From: Diadema antillarum
Lineage: Eukaryota
Reading direction: 5' to 3'
DNA: 64,000 nt
Assembly: GCF_040938485.1 (NCBI RefSeq)
Contig: NW_027271210.1
Span: 992,001-1,056,000, forward strand
The notes under the pieces were generated by a model, which was given only the letters and a program-made list of their open reading frames with translations, was not told the DNA's origin and did not search any database. Below, piece after piece: positions 23,905 through 38,019 of the stretch. A program made the position numbers and the translations under genes. The number at the start of each line of letters is the position of its first letter. Within the stretch, counting starts at the first letter, position 1.

Positions 23905-24285
23905 CATAGCAGGCGAAACAGCGAAGAATATAACGACGCGAAATAATCCACGTTTACAGAATACCCACAGTTGAAAGTGGGAAAACCCATCGTTATTAAT
24001 AAACTAGGTCGCTGTGAAAAGGTCAGAGTAGAAAGTGACTTCCGCCAAACCTGTGTGCACCACCCCAATGTATTGTGAGTGTGCATTTCGTTCCCTGCTT
24101 GACTAATTTTCGATTTCCGATAGAATTTGGGCGCTAGTGGATAACATTCAATCTGATTTTCATTCACACCGTCATGGAGGCTTAACGAACAAGTGGTGAT
24201 CTTTTTACAGGGAAATACACGTCGGAGCCAGACGTAATTCAGCAGCTCAGAGAACCCGGAAGTAAAGGAGACTTTGTAAGTATAA
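23905..24285 (+). promoter_or_regulatory. Conserved non-coding block, candidate promoter/non-coding exon 1 of TRIM paralog 1
   Basis: Homologous to 38020-38415. Shared GGGAAAACCC, GCTGTGAAAAGGTCAGAG, ACTTCC, CATTTCGTTCCCTGCTTGAC; ends in TTT|GTAAGT (24276). Confidence 0.4.
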
Positions 24286-24479
24286 GAAACAGTATTCATA
24301 CGCTAATGTTAGGAGCTGTGCCTTCGATTTTTTTTACTATAACTTTCGTTAATATTTTGTTTGCATGAGTTTTACTGATCACCCTCATGAAAACATTCAA
24401 GAAAGCATTGCGTGTAAATTAATGTCAACAACCATTACGCATGGATCGACTTTATTTCATCATTTTATTCTATTCGATG

Positions 24480-24612
24480 CTATTTCATTTTATTTTATTT
24501 CATTTTATTTCATTTCATTTCATCTTATCTTATCTGATTTCATCTTATCTTATCTTATTTTATCTTATTTTATTTTATCTTATCTTATCTTATCTTATCT
24601 TATCTTGTCTTA
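24480..24612. repeat. (TTTTA/TTTCA/TATCT)n pentanucleotide microsatellite
   Basis: Visible repeat; it produces the low-complexity ORFs at 24365 and 24441. Confidence 0.85.
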
Positions 24613-26776
24613 GTTTGGGTCATTTAATTTAATTTCACTTTTTTTTATTTGCTTTTCAAGTTCACGCTGAAATACAATTTGTTGTCCAGCTCAGATTAAA
24701 TTGCTGCGGATAAGAACCTGAACGTCCATTTGTGAAATTTGTTATAGGATTTCGTAACGTCTAGTTGTTATTGCTTATGTGATATCCTAGGCTCATTATA
24801 CATCGGAAACGTTCAGTAGAACACTTTATTTTGATACACAGTGCCAATGGTTGGTTATTTGATGTTTTTACGAAATAAAGCAGTATTTTAGGTCACTTCA
24901 GTACTCAAACAAGATTATAGGTATTACTTTGATGAGCAGAAGGTATATGTAAAGTATCAAGGTAGAAATGGTCTTGCCTTCTTCAAGACAGTTATAGTGT
25001 AATTCTACAGTATTTATTTCTACAGGTGTTATTGCCTGAACATGATTGTAATCGTTTTGTATCAAATTGATTTTGTTGAAAGACGTGTTTTGTCATGGAA
25101 AGGAGCATCGGGCCTGAATGTTTATTTTGATTTAAGATTAGCGCATATTGGCAGTATTTTTGTTTTAAGATTTTACAACAATAAGTACTGATAGCAATGG
25201 AACAAATGAGAAAAAGTAATGTTAGACACAAAAAAGTAGTTAATTAGGAAATGTTCTAAGAAATAAAAAGGGATGTAAAAAGAATGTGATTTATTCTTTC
25301 TTTATTCCTTATTCTTTTTGGGGGGAGGGGGAAGAAGATGAAGTCTTTGAGGATTTAAACCTGAGGCAATGTACATCTTCAATTGCAGTGGACTATTTCG
25401 AACTGTGACAGACTTCTCCTGGCAGTATACGTCAAATATACGTTTCAAAATGGCTTTATTCAACATCCCTATGTCTTCCTATACACTTATACTTTTCCTT
25501 TAACTTTCGCTAGTTAGTCATACCTTTAGAGCATTCCATACCCTGTAGTTAACCTGGCAGAGATACTTTTATGAATGTGATATGGTAAACAGGAAGTGTA
25601 AAATTGGGAGATATTTGAGCAAGAAAAGCTTCGGCTTGGAGCCCAGTTTACGCTGTGAGTTGGACTTTTGTTTTCTGCCGCTTGTGAGGATACTAACTCA
25701 TCCCGTTATTGACGCTGTAGTACACTGAAGCTAATGAAAGCAATATGTCGGAGAACTGCTCGTTACAATGGCTGTTTGAAATGTACAAGCCCTTAATGAG
25801 AGAGTCGACTCCATACTGTAAGTATTCACATTACCTGTCACTTTACATACATTTCTCTGTGGGGAAAACACAATAACACTAAACCGAACAACCTTGATGG
25901 AAGTAGACCTACTGCACGTTACCAGTCCTCTGCACTGTGTGCATTTGCATCAATTGTTTTTCAGTAAACGTATTTGCATTTTTCTTATTTTCATTTAAAG
26001 GGAAATTGTCACCAAGTATTTTGTAGTGACCGCAATGTATCCCCTCCCCCTGCATGCCGGATTAATTTTCCAGACTTAGTACTTGGAGTCCTATTTGTCA
26101 GTAGGTCTACATTTTAGTCTAAAGTTTGTTCTCATCATCTTTGAGACTAAATTGGATAGCTGTTGTAATCTCTTTGGACGAACTTCACTTCTGAACAAGA
26201 CATCGTTAGTGAGCAACATTGAACCCAGAAGTGAAGCATTTTGTTAGCATATTATTTCCGTTTCGGTGCACTTTTTTTCATTAATTTGATAATCTGCAGA
26301 CATAACAGTGCAAAAGTAATGACAAGGATAATGACAAATCCTGTTTATATGGACTTAATTTTGCATAATCTTTTATCACGAAATGCACCTTAATGATTAA
26401 CTTTATTCATTCGGAAGGTTCGTTATTCCGAAGGTTCGTTATTATTAAATCCGAAAATGGAAAAAGAAAAGAAGGCGAGGGTGGGGGGGGGATTCCGAAT
26501 ATTCCTTGTTTGTTTGTTTGCTTGATTGTTTTTGTCTGTTTTCATTTTTGGAGTAACAAATCCTTATTTCATTTTTGTATTGTAGAACAATGAACGGAAA
26601 TTGATTGCTTCGGAATATCTTCGGAAAGGCAAACATCACCCCTTCACTCCGCAGTGTAAGTCTTAATTAAAATGTGAAATGTTAAAACAATGTGTTTGGA
26701 AATCTTTTAAAAAAATACTTGTGGAGTATAGGTTTTCATAAAAAGTCCACAAATAATCACACACAAACACACACAA

Positions 26777-26808
<32 letters not shown>

Positions 26809-27251
26809 ACACGTTCACTGCACCTATATACGTAACTAGTACACAAAGACACCTACACACAGCAGAGAGGAATGAAAGAGAGAGGGGGAGTGTCCACCGA
26901 CAGTCGAAAAACACATTAAACATGTTGACTAGAAATACTTTGCGACACCAGCTGCTGAAAAAGTAAGGAAAAGAAAAACCAACGACAGTGAATTTGAAAA
27001 GAGACCACAATTGAACAGTTCGATAACCACGGCAAGCATAAAATATGAAGAAATATTTACATATATTCAGATTATGACATGTCAACCATAGTAAGATATG
27101 TATGTTCAACTGCTATTTTTTGAGCAGGATCAGCTTTCAGAATTGACAACTCTTGTTTGACACACAACATCATTAGTCGTGTTCGTATAATGTTTAATTA
27201 TCATTGTTGCTGCTATGTTTTTTTTTCTTCTATGTTCTAGGATTAATCACC

Positions 27252-29102
27252 ATGGCAACGAGTCATCAGATCAGCAGCCAGAATCTGGAGTGTCCTGTCT
27301 GTCTGACACTCTTCAACCAACCCAAATCATTGACGTGTTCTCATACCTTCTGCAAAGACTGCCTAGAACGCATCTTTCTCACTCAGACAAACCAACATAC
27401 TATATCATGCCCTGTATGCAGGACAGAGACTTCTGTACCGAATGGAGAGGTGGCTAAGTTACAAACAATTGTGGCGCTGGGTTCTCTTGTGGACGAAGTG
27501 AAGACCAACAATCCCACATGCACAGTTTGTGAGCTGGACGCAAAGCCCCCAGCTGTGTCCTACTGTCAGACATGCATGGAAAACATGTGTTTATCCTGTG
27601 AGAAAGACCATTCTGTCTGGAAAAGGTTCTCCAACCACGCAGTGGTGGCCGTGAGCGAAGTGGTCTCTGGGAAAGTTCCACTTAAGAGGCGACGAAAGTG
27701 TAAGGAACACCCTAACGAGGATAAAGACTGTTTCTGCACCGGATGTCGGGAGTACGTCTGCTTCAAATGCGGGATGTTGGAGCACACGCAGGAGGGACAT
27801 GGGATGGTAAAGGCACAAAAACATGAGAAAATGACACTGGAAAATATCAAGGAACTACAGAGAAGAACAAACTCAAAGAAAACAATCGTTGAAGAACACA
27901 TCGACTTCATAGAGAAACAACGCAAGGAGATATCAAACATGATGACAAAGCTCAACGATGACATAGACAAGACGTACGAGGAATGCATGCAACGTTTGTC
28001 AGAGAGAAAAGAGACACTTAAATGTGAAGTGAGGCAATTGTCTGAAATGTTTGAGAAGGAATTGCACGTCATGGCGGAAAGGAGTCATCGAACTCTCAAT
28101 CGAATGAACGCTGCGGAGGAGCTGGTAGCTAACGGTATAAAGGTACCGTTAGAGAAAGACGCCTTGATTACACACGAAACAGTTTGCGAGAACTTCAAGA
28201 ACATTTTGGAACGAAATTATCTTAACGACCAATTACCAATATATGTGAAAGAACGAGCTCAGAAGATTTCATTCCATAAACAGGAGATGGTCAATGATCC
28301 TTGTCTTGGAGAGCTTAAAGGTTATAAGTGGGATGTCAAAACATGCGTAGAGTTACCTAAGTGCTGCTATGGTGTGCACTGTATCAGCCGTGCACCAGAC
28401 AATAAGATGGCAGTGGCACGTCATGATGGAATCCTTCTCTACTCCCATGATGGTGAGTTACAAGACTGGGTACTACAGAATCATTGTATTTATGCAATTG
28501 CATTCCTGTCTGACGGTCGAAGTGTCGTACAAGATCTTAACGAGATTTCACTGTACACTCGACAGTGGGAGAAACTCGATATTGGATTTAAGTCAAGTCA
28601 CGACCTACATAAATATCACTGTCGTCTTTTCACTGATCTAAATGATGATATCTACGTGAACATTCGGAATTCGAAAATCATCGAGGTATTTACCCCACAG
28701 GGTGGTAAGGTAGTCAGAGAAATCATGTCTGATGGATATTCATTTCCGCGATTATTCTCCTTTCAATCCGCTGAAAACATGATACTGACAGATAGAGATA
28801 CCGTCGTGTGCATTGATAGTAAAGGGACAAAGGAAATTATCTTGCAGAAAAAGGACATGTTTGCATCCCAAGCTGTTTGTCGAGATGACTCAGTCATTGT
28901 AGTCTGGGTGAATAAAGATGAGAGTCTTATTAGTATCGATCGATACACGAGTGACCTCCAGCACCTTCAGAATCTCGTCAGTGATTTCAAAATGCGTGAA
29001 TTATGGTACTGGGCCTACTACTACTACGGCCTACAAGAGTTTGAGAGTGGCGAGATAGCATTCTGTACGAATAATGAACTCTGCATATTTCATACAACAT
29101 AA
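27252..29102 (+). CDS. TRIM E3 ligase (RING-Bbox1-Bbox2-coiled coil-NHL-like propeller), paralog 1, 616 aa, single coding exon
   Basis: C3HC4 RING CPVC...CSHTFCKDC...CPVC; B-box1 CTVC...CQTC...CLSC...H; B-box2 CKEH...CTGC...CFKC...H; helical region; beta-rich C-terminus. Pyrimidine tract + AG acceptor at 27240, 11 nt before the ATG. Confidence 0.92.
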   Translation: MATSHQISSQNLECPVCLTLFNQPKSLTCSHTFCKDCLERIFLTQTNQHTISCPVCRTETSVPNGEVAKLQTIVALGSLVDEVKTNNPTCTVCELDAKPPAVSYCQTCMENMCLSCEKDHSVWKRFSNHAVVAVSEVVSGKVPLKRRRKCKEHPNEDKDCFCTGCREYVCFKCGMLEHTQEGHGMVKAQKHEKMTLENIKELQRRTNSKKTIVEEHIDFIEKQRKEISNMMTKLNDDIDKTYEECMQRLSERKETLKCEVRQLSEMFEKELHVMAERSHRTLNRMNAAEELVANGIKVPLEKDALITHETVCENFKNILERNYLNDQLPIYVKERAQKISFHKQEMVNDPCLGELKGYKWDVKTCVELPKCCYGVHCISRAPDNKMAVARHDGILLYSHDGELQDWVLQNHCIYAIAFLSDGRSVVQDLNEISLYTRQWEKLDIGFKSSHDLHKYHCRLFTDLNDDIYVNIRNSKIIEVFTPQGGKVVREIMSDGYSFPRLFSFQSAENMILTDRDTVVCIDSKGTKEIILQKKDMFASQAVCRDDSVIVVWVNKDESLISIDRYTSDLQHLQNLVSDFKMRELWYWAYYYYGLQEFESGEIAFCTNNELCIFHTT

Positions 29103-32100
29103 CGTGCACTATGATCAAAGTTGTTTGTTCTGTAGGAACAATCAGAAGAATTAGTCGAAGTGGGATTACCGAACTTACTTGCGCTCCAGGTGTATTTCTG
29201 CATTATTGCCTTCATTTGCGTCACTCGAAACTGTATAACTTATAATTGATTGCAAAGAGAAAACGTACATCAAAACGTTTGTCATTGACAGTTTATCAAT
29301 CGGTTAAATCGATTCGATCAAAATTCTGAATTATATATGAGGGTTCGAACAAAGGTATCATTTCTTGTGCCCATAAAATAGAGCCATTAGGTATACAGGA
29401 GCCGTGTAAACCCCGAACACAATAATGGATCTTCCGCTGTCTAGTGGAAATGACTTTACTATAATATCACTCTATAGGTATTCACCAAATACAAAAGTCC
29501 GCTATAAAGCTTCAGCTAAGAGGTATATAGTGCAGTGGTAACTAATGGTATGTTGTACTATATAGATAATGCATGAGTCAAACAAAAGATACGTATAGAT
29601 CACACGTAGATGTTCGCACTCTTGAAGAAATAATCACTTAAAGTATCACAGCAGTAATAATCGCTTTCCTTCTATTTTTTTTTGCAAGACAATCACATTT
29701 TCCTTATGTATAACAGATTACGTGAACCTAATATTGAATTGATTTATATCATCATGATTATTCGTTCGAGTCATGTTATCAATTCAAAGTGCACCATGTC
29801 AGACTTCCCATTATTATGCAGACCGGCAGTATTTCTGTCATTCGTGCCACGTACACTGAGTATCCACCCAATTGAAAGCATTAGTGTGAATCACAAACGA
29901 TGAAAAGTCAATAGGAAAATTGTAAAAAAAAAAGTAAAAAGAGATTAAAGACGTGTTTTTGTTTTCATATAAATCAAGAACATAATTTGTGTTTTCCTTC
30001 CGACAGAATATAGTTATATCATAAGTTATATCATTGTTCAGAACTTAAATTTGCCAAGCCTTAATTACAGCAACTCTGACAATTCGATTCAGATGTACAA
30101 TTAGATCTCTCCTTCAGATGACTTGCATCAACATGTGAAGCCTAATATCATTCAAAATAGATCCAATATAGAGCCTAGAAATCTGTCCGTTTCGTTGAAT
30201 CAAGGTAACAACTGCAACAATTATTATGAGCGTTTGCCATTAGATACTATGGGGGGGGGGAAGAAGTTATAACATGTATTATTATAATATGTTATGTTTC
30301 AGATTTCTGATGACTTGCTTTAAGAATACGTATTGCGTAACTTTGAAGAACCCAGAACCAATGAATTCTCAGATTTTGTATGTGTGTGTGTGTAAGGTAA
30401 AAACACACATTTTGGGGAGAGGACGCTCTTCTAGCATGTATACAGGCGTACAAAAATGGAATTTGTTAGCTTATGATTTGAAATAAGTTTTTTTTTTTTT
30501 AAACCAGATTTCAAACAATTAATTTCAGTTTTGATCAGTTACGCGCCACTTTGTCTTGTTGTTTGTGGATCGTCTTCATTATAAGCTTTATAATTCTTTT
30601 CTTTTGGCTGCATACTCTTTATTTGTAACATGATTATGTCACTCAATCTCTTGTATTTAGTTGGTATGTATTTCACTTCTTTTTATGCTGTTCACGGATA
30701 AAAAGCAAATTGCCGTCGCCATGCTAAACAGTTACTGAAACTAATCTGAAACTGTATCCTCGTCAACGCTTGTAACTTCCCTTTGATTCCCTTTTATAAA
30801 TTAAGTCTAGTTTAGTTTCAGTTAATTTTATTTGATCACGGCAATTTTCCTCTGCAAACCTGTTCTTCTGCAAATCCTTAAACCTTTCATATTCATGTGT
30901 CCCATGCGTTAAGATTTATTATGTACAATCCGCCCAAAATATGAACGTGTGGAGGAAAGACAGAAAGCCGTAGGAGATGAGAAATACTTTTCATTCAAGA
31001 AAGGGTTTCCTATGACAAATTTTTATCAGTTATCCCCCTGTGTAACAAATGTAGTTGTACGATCATAACTGTTACTCTATTTTAAAAGAATACGGCGGAA
31101 ATAGGAAGCTGTGGGATTCGAAACTGTCACCACGCTATCCTTGGTCGCTGCATGGAAGTGAAACGATGAACCTGGAACAAACAAACAGGCTCCGCAATTC
31201 CGACATTGTTATGCTAAATAGTCAAAGGCGCACAATGGTTGCTGAATGGAAAAACATAAAATCATTAATGCGGGGGGGGGGAGGAGTGGGTTGAAAATAG
31301 GCTATTGCAGATTTTTGTCAACTATCACCCTCTGTACAAAATGTACTCTTATTTGTACGATCGTGACTCCTAATTCACATTTTTGGGACCCAATTACATC
31401 GAATTTCTCCATTTTGATCTTCTTTTGAAAACACAATTTTGACGAACTTGACATGTTGCTATGCCGCTCTGGAAGCTCCCCAAGTTTGGAATGTTTTGTT
31501 TTGTCTTGTTTGTTTTTGTTTATTTTTACTTTCTGTCAATAGTCTGCAAAAATGTGTAGAAGGTGAACTCATGATACTCGGGTGAGCTTGATTTTACACG
31601 TATATTTTTTCGGTGTTGTGTAGATTCTTCAAATAAATATATAATTAGGTGATAGTCCTGTCACTTGTAAGCAATCATTTTTTTTTTGATAGAGATGAAA
31701 ACGTAATTATGTTATTGTATTTACATCTATGTAAAGCGTCATTAGTATACAGCACTTATAGTTCATTGGAGGATAAGATGATGATTTCATCGTTGAGTGA
31801 ATTGTAGACCGCATGCCTGCCGTATAGTAAATACTTGTAACATGCGAGAACTTCACTATACTTCACATGTTGTTATTTTGGTATATGTAGATATTTTTTC
31901 CTGTTGATGTACATATAACTAAGATTTCATTCAGCGAGAAAATATAAATAGTCAGAAAAATTCATTTCGTATCACAGGAAAAGCAGTGGCAGATAAATTA
32001 CACATTTACTCAATTATAAAAGCGCCCAAAAAGATTTAGATAATATTCTTCGATTAAACAGGAAAATGTAATGTCCAAATAACTCCAAATGACGTACATC

Positions 32101-32997
32101 AGGACTGGTAGTTAAAAATTTAAACTGATTTTGGAATGCATGGCCATTTGTTCATTTTATGGTAATATTTATGTTGATATAAAAGTCAGCCCAGTTTAAA
32201 CTATTCTATTGCGTGTTACAAATAGGTTTGACGTTAAGCTTCATTGTTTTATAAGTTTATGTCAAGTTTCGTTTCTTCTTTGTGTTTTTCCCTCGTTTCT
32301 ACATCAGAAGTAGTTATATTTGAAAAAAAAGGCAAAGCATTTACCCTATATTTTACCGCTTCTTATTCAAACTATGATTCGTAGTCCTCAGTCAAACCTC
32401 GTGCCAAACCTTGGTTTATGCAGTACATGCAACAAGAATGTAATTTCTATAAAAGAGTCATCCATATTTTGAATATCTGTATCAATCACGGCTCTTAATT
32501 CCTGTTGGACTCAATTGATAACAATTCATACTTATTTTCAAATGATTTTGGTTGCTGCTTTATAGCTTTATATTCCTGACTTATTTTCAGTAAAATAAAA
32601 GAAAGTTATCAGCGCCTTCATATTATCCTCAGTCTCTTCAATTGATGTCGTGATCTCATTCAATACTTCTTCTTTTTTTTTTTGCAAAAGAAAAAATAGC
32701 ATAGATTTCAATCAATTTTTTTAATGAGCATGGTTGCCGTCGATATTATCATCAAATTGTAACTGAACACCGTCCATAGTTTCAAGATTTCCCTTGTGGA
32801 TTTTACAGTACATCACCGGTTGGATATTGAGTTGGTCAAAACTCCTTGTAAGATGATAAATCCTGCAGGTCAGCGTGGAGGATTATGCACGAGGATTTTT
32901 CAAAGTTCATGTTCGATTACCTATCACTTCTCATCGAATACCCGCAGAACTTTTTTCTTTTAATCATGAAATGCGCATCAAGTAACAGCAAGACCAG

Positions 32998-33113
32998 AAG
33001 AAAGTAAGAAAGTAAGAACTAAAGGAAGAATTGAAGAAAGTAAGAAAGTAAGAACTAAAGGAAGAATTGAAGAAAGTAAGAAAGTAAGAACTAAAGGAAG
33101 AATTGAAGAAAGT
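32998..33113. repeat. 36-bp minisatellite x3 (AAGAAAGTAAGAAAGTAAGAACTAAAGGAAGAATTG)
   Basis: Exact tandem copies. Confidence 0.9.
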
Positions 33114-34229
33114 AGGAACGGAAGAAAGTGAGAATTGAATAAAATAAGAAATTTCCAGGCCGTTTTGTAATACACACAGCCATAAGAAATCACACATAAT
33201 TATTATTATACATAAGAAAGAAATGAAGAAATGCTACAAACACCAACAATGTCATATTGGTCATTTATAATAGTTATTTTCTTTGTAGAATTTCTTTTTC
33301 CTTTTCCAATAATTTGACCATATCAATGTGTTCATGTACACGGCCTTGCTGAAAATCAGATTTTTATCCCTGATGAAATATAGCCAAACAAAATGAACAA
33401 AAATAAACGTGATCGCTTTTCCTATTTCTGTCTGCGTAAAAGAACTTTTCCCCAGATTTTCATTTTAAGGCTATTCAGAATTGACTTTTTTCGCCAATAT
33501 GTCACCTTGTACAAACATACAGAATGTAAAAATCGAATGTAACATTGCTCACTCTTTCCACATGTTTTTTCTCCCAACACATAGAGAGAGACGCGGTTAC
33601 ACTTGGTACTTTTACCTCCGTAACTGTTGTTTTACTAAGAAAGAAAATCTTATCGGTGGGATGGGGGTCGGGGGTGGTTCCGATGTCACCTCAAACAATG
33701 GTGAGCTTTAAATTTGCGACGAGGGTGTTTAAAAACGACGATTGCATTGACCACGCTTCTCTTCTCGATCCCTGCGTCGTGTAATCGGTTGCAAAGTGGT
33801 TTTAGATTGCGCGAGGACGCAGCCTACACAAAACAAAATGGCGCCCCAACAGGATCATTGCATCAACTAGCTCTCTGCAGTGTGAATTTGAGCGGACGAA
33901 AAAAACAAAGAAAAGAATGGCCCAGAATCCATAGAACCAATCGTGCAAACCGAATTAACAATATTAACTTTTATGAGCTGATACACCCCACATACACAGA
34001 ATGTTAATGTGCATTAGAGATACTTTACAGCGATAGTTATGATGATGACAAAAGTAGGCCCTATTGAATGTTATACTGGGAAATAGTATGAAAAGAAATA
34101 AAAGATTATTTTTAAAAAAAATCATGATGATACACAATGATTTAGTGCTAAAACTAACCATGATTTTACGAATAACACATAATTTATGAAAAAAATAAAT
34201 GAAACAACTTTGTCACAATCGTTCTGATC

Positions 34230-34581
34230 TCTATTTCTGTTGTTGAAATGAATACCAGAGGACACTGTTCCCGATTCATTCCCCACACCAGTACTACAGC
34301 GTATGCCAACTCATTCTTCCCACGCACCATCCGGGACTGGAACAACCTGCCTATTGATCCTGCCGCATACCCATCCCTCATCGCCTTCAAAACTGCGTTG
34401 AGGGAACTCTGTAGGATGTGACTCTTCATCCAGAGATTTTTACTCGCACCTGTAAATATTTTGCACCTGATTTCAAATTTCTGTTGCCCCGGTGCGGCGT
34501 ATGCGTATGTTCTCGCAGTGCGTTCATCCTCGACCATTTGAGGGCAGCATTTTATCGGAAGAAGAAGAAGAAGAATAAGAA
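34230..34581 (+). mobile_element. 5'-truncated CR1-group LINE 3' end with (GAA)n tail
   Basis: Frame from 34248 reads NTRGHCSRF...YANSFFPRTIRDWNNLP...FKTAL; GAA repeats at 34558-34581. Confidence 0.75.
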
Positions 34582-34906
34582 AGGTGAAGCGTCACAAAAA
34601 ACAACAACTTTGAAGTTGGATAACCCTTGAAATGCCTGACATGACATGTTATTATGTTCTATGTAATCACTGGCATTTGTGTTTTCTGGCATTATTCTCA
34701 TTTTTTTTTTTAATTTAGATCTCATCAAAGATATACGTTTTATGACATCAACCTGCCTTTTCACGACACAAAATGTTTTCAGTGAGTCTTGATTTTATGT
34801 GCACAACACTTGGTATCAGTAAAAAACTATTACAAAAGAAAAAAACAATCACACACACGCACTCAAACATCACACCGACAAACAAACACACACACATACA
34901 CACAAT

Positions 34907-34937
<31 letters not shown>

Positions 34938-37272
34938 ACACAAAAAACCTCCATAAATAGTCACACTGTAATGTGCGTTTGCAATGAAACACAATAGTCA
35001 TAAAACTTAAACATAATTAAGGGCTATCCTATGAAACAGATATATAAGATGTAATACAAGGAAACTTCACACTGCTGCAAGTGTGTCTTGAAATATCTAG
35101 TAATTTGTATCTAATCCTCATAAATCTCACTTCTTACTCAATACATGGACACGTATCTTATCTTCATACCAAAATATAATTTCACTATCATTGTGACAAA
35201 CAAATGGTTTTCTTTCTTTCTCTTCTTCCTTCTCTCTTTCTCTCTTTCTCTTCTTCCTTTAAATCAACAACAACATTGTGACACAAATAAATATGACATA
35301 TAAGTTTTGACGGCTACAACAGGAAATTGAAAATAAAAACATCGTCAAAATATCTTTACAGGAAGTCAAGCCATGTTACAACGGGGCACACTTTGTTTGT
35401 CATTTTGTGAGGAAATTGCATATTTAGTAATGATACCAATCATGCCAATGAACGTAAGAAAGAGTTTTAGCAATTTACAAAATGCGATCCGACCGACTGT
35501 TGAGAGTCAGCGTCAAATCATGCATCCACTGAGTTGTTGATGTTCTTCATCTGTACAGCGTAATGGCGGATGGATTATTTAGTACTTGATCACCCAATCG
35601 ACTACAAAGAGTTTCGTGTACGAAGCACATCCATCTAATTAGCGTACCTCGCTGTAGAGGGCATTTTATAATTATGTTAACACGCAAGAGTTGTTTCATG
35701 AATGGTCCCCTGGATGTCAGGGCCTGAAATCCAGTTTAAAGGGACATTCGAGACGATTTTCATAATCTCACATCAGAAGAGAAACAATATTTATTTCTTT
35801 TTTCTTTTCCTTTTCTTTCCCCCCCCCCCCCTGGAGTCCCCTTGCGGCCGCCACAAAATTAGCACAAAGCATTTTAATGGGATTTTGCCCATTTGGTTTA
35901 TGTGTTATCATGTTTATTATTTCCTTTTTGAGATTCTGAGGCTGCCATCACTATCAAGCAAGTGCTTAAAAACGGCAGGCTCCTGCATTTTTTTCTTCAT
36001 CTTTATTCTGAAACAAGTGTGTCCTTGATTCCTTTAATCTCATCGTTATGTTTATACTTTCAAGATTGTGATTATGATACTATGAATGTAGTATTTTTTT
36101 CTATTTTGTTGTCAGATACACGTGTTGTCATTTTTCAATATATGATTTCCTTTAGAAAAATGCAGAAATAAAATCGAACTGAAAAACCTTAAACAAATTA
36201 CACTGAACAAGGATGATGACATAGGAGGCTCACATATTTCATAAAATGTAGCAGTGTAATTCCATTACAATACCACTTGCTTGTGAGTTCACCTGTTTAA
36301 CGCATGCCTTCTTTTCTTCTGCTTCCTTGAGCCCGAACTCATGCATTATCATGTGACCCTGCCATGTCATCATCCTTGTTCATTGCAATTTGTTATAAGT
36401 TCCGAAAATATTCTTATTCTTCATCCCAATTATCATAACTTCTGAAACTCTGTCCTCACTATTAGCCATATATAGTTGTTCAAAACATGTAAAAATCTGA
36501 AAATCATGGGGAGGTCTCCTTTAAGTGTGGTCTTGCGGTCATGACGGAATCTTATGGTTGGTATCCACATCACAAATTTAGCCACTTCTTTTGTTTTTCT
36601 TTCTTTCTTGATATGCATCAAAATAATGCTTTCAATTATTTAGTACCGTGCATCCATTTTCTGCACCCTCTTTTTTTTTGTCTTTCGTTATGATGTCATC
36701 AAAAGGAAAGGCAGCTGAAATAAGCATAACACTAATAATGGATGCACCTTCCCCAAACAAAATGCATCAGCTTACACCTCAAGACAGGTTTTACACCATA
36801 CCATTTCACAACATTTCCTTGTCGTACTCTCAATCATGGAACACTTTCCACATCGTACAGTCATAGTAATGAACAATTGAAAGGTTCACATTTGTTATCA
36901 TACTTTCTCAGCACTACATCGTTTCATTTTTATGATAACCATTCTAGTGTATGTTGCTGTAGAGCGTGGCTCTTTAGTCTATCGGATCGCATTTTGTAAA
37001 TTTCTAAAACTCTGTTTTGCATTCTTTGGTATCATGAAAAAAAATATGCAATTCTCACTACACACAAAGTGTGTCCTATTCTGGCATGAGTTAACTTCCT
37101 GTAAAGATGTTTTGACGATTTCCTAATTTCCTGTTGTAGCCGTCCGAACGTATATGTTATATTCATTTCTACCACAACCTTCGTGAAATCATATTTTGGT
37201 GTGAAGATAAGATACGTACCCATGTATTGTGTAAGAAGTGAGATTTATGGGGCTTAGATATAAATCACTTAA

Positions 37273-37530
37273 AGGGATCGTATAGTTTTGGTTGAGACCT
37301 AATTTAAGGTTTCAAACATTTTTTGGTGAGATAATGAGAAACCTCTTATGAAATATGAAAGAGCATGTCATTCCATAAGAAATTCAACGTCTATTTGATG
37401 AATATTGGTTTTGAAATGGCTGAGATATCCAGAAGAGAGCAATTCTAACAAATTGTGGGACCCACACTTTATTAGGATCGTTTTGTTTTACTTTGTTTTT
37501 GGATGTTTCAGTCATTCCAAACCCGATTTT
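37273..37530 (+). mobile_element. Left part of a TTAA-flanked non-autonomous DNA transposon (Kolobok-like)
   Basis: TTAA|AGGGATCGTATAG start; interrupted by a LINE tail at ~37530; right end not confidently located. Confidence 0.4.
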
Positions 37531-37740
37531 CAAGTTTCAAGTTTCTTTATTTCACCAAAGAAAGGAACATATTAAAAAAAACAATACATACATCAATATT
37601 CGAATACGATTACAAACATATCAATAATACAGTGAAAAGGAAAATATACGACAAAAATAGATTGACAATTACACATACATAGGTTTAACAGATATGGAAG
37701 GTAGCAGCCAGAAAGGAAATATCCCTTATTTGTAGCTTTT
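37530..37740 (-). mobile_element. 3' UTR fragment of the same LINE family as 39151-43740
   Basis: Shares CAAGTTTCTTTATTTCACCAA and GCAGCCAGAAAGGAAAT.TCCCTTATTT with 39158-39305. Confidence 0.7.
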
Positions 37741-38019
37741 TAAACTTTGAATTCCTCTTAAAATGGTACGCTCTGTACTATATCACGAGTGTTTTCTTGG
37801 TATCTCATCTCCACCAATACTGTACCATCCCTTTAATGTGCCCACTGTGACTTACGTTGTGTCATTGATATCCGATGGAAGATGTTCTAGTGTCAAAGGG
37901 AATACTGTCAAAATATCAATTTCCTACTTTGAGCAAGTTTCAGTGAACCTCGCTTGTTTAAAATTTCGCGCGAGAGAGTGTCCTCGTACATTAGTTTGAT
38001 AGATATGGCGTGCCTACGT

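Noticed and set aside
28215-28325. Gene conversion between TRIM paralogs at the coiled-coil/propeller junction (vs 50392-50500)
   Set aside because: Local identity looks higher than average, but several differences remain over ~110 bp; it cannot be told apart from purifying selection with two sequences.
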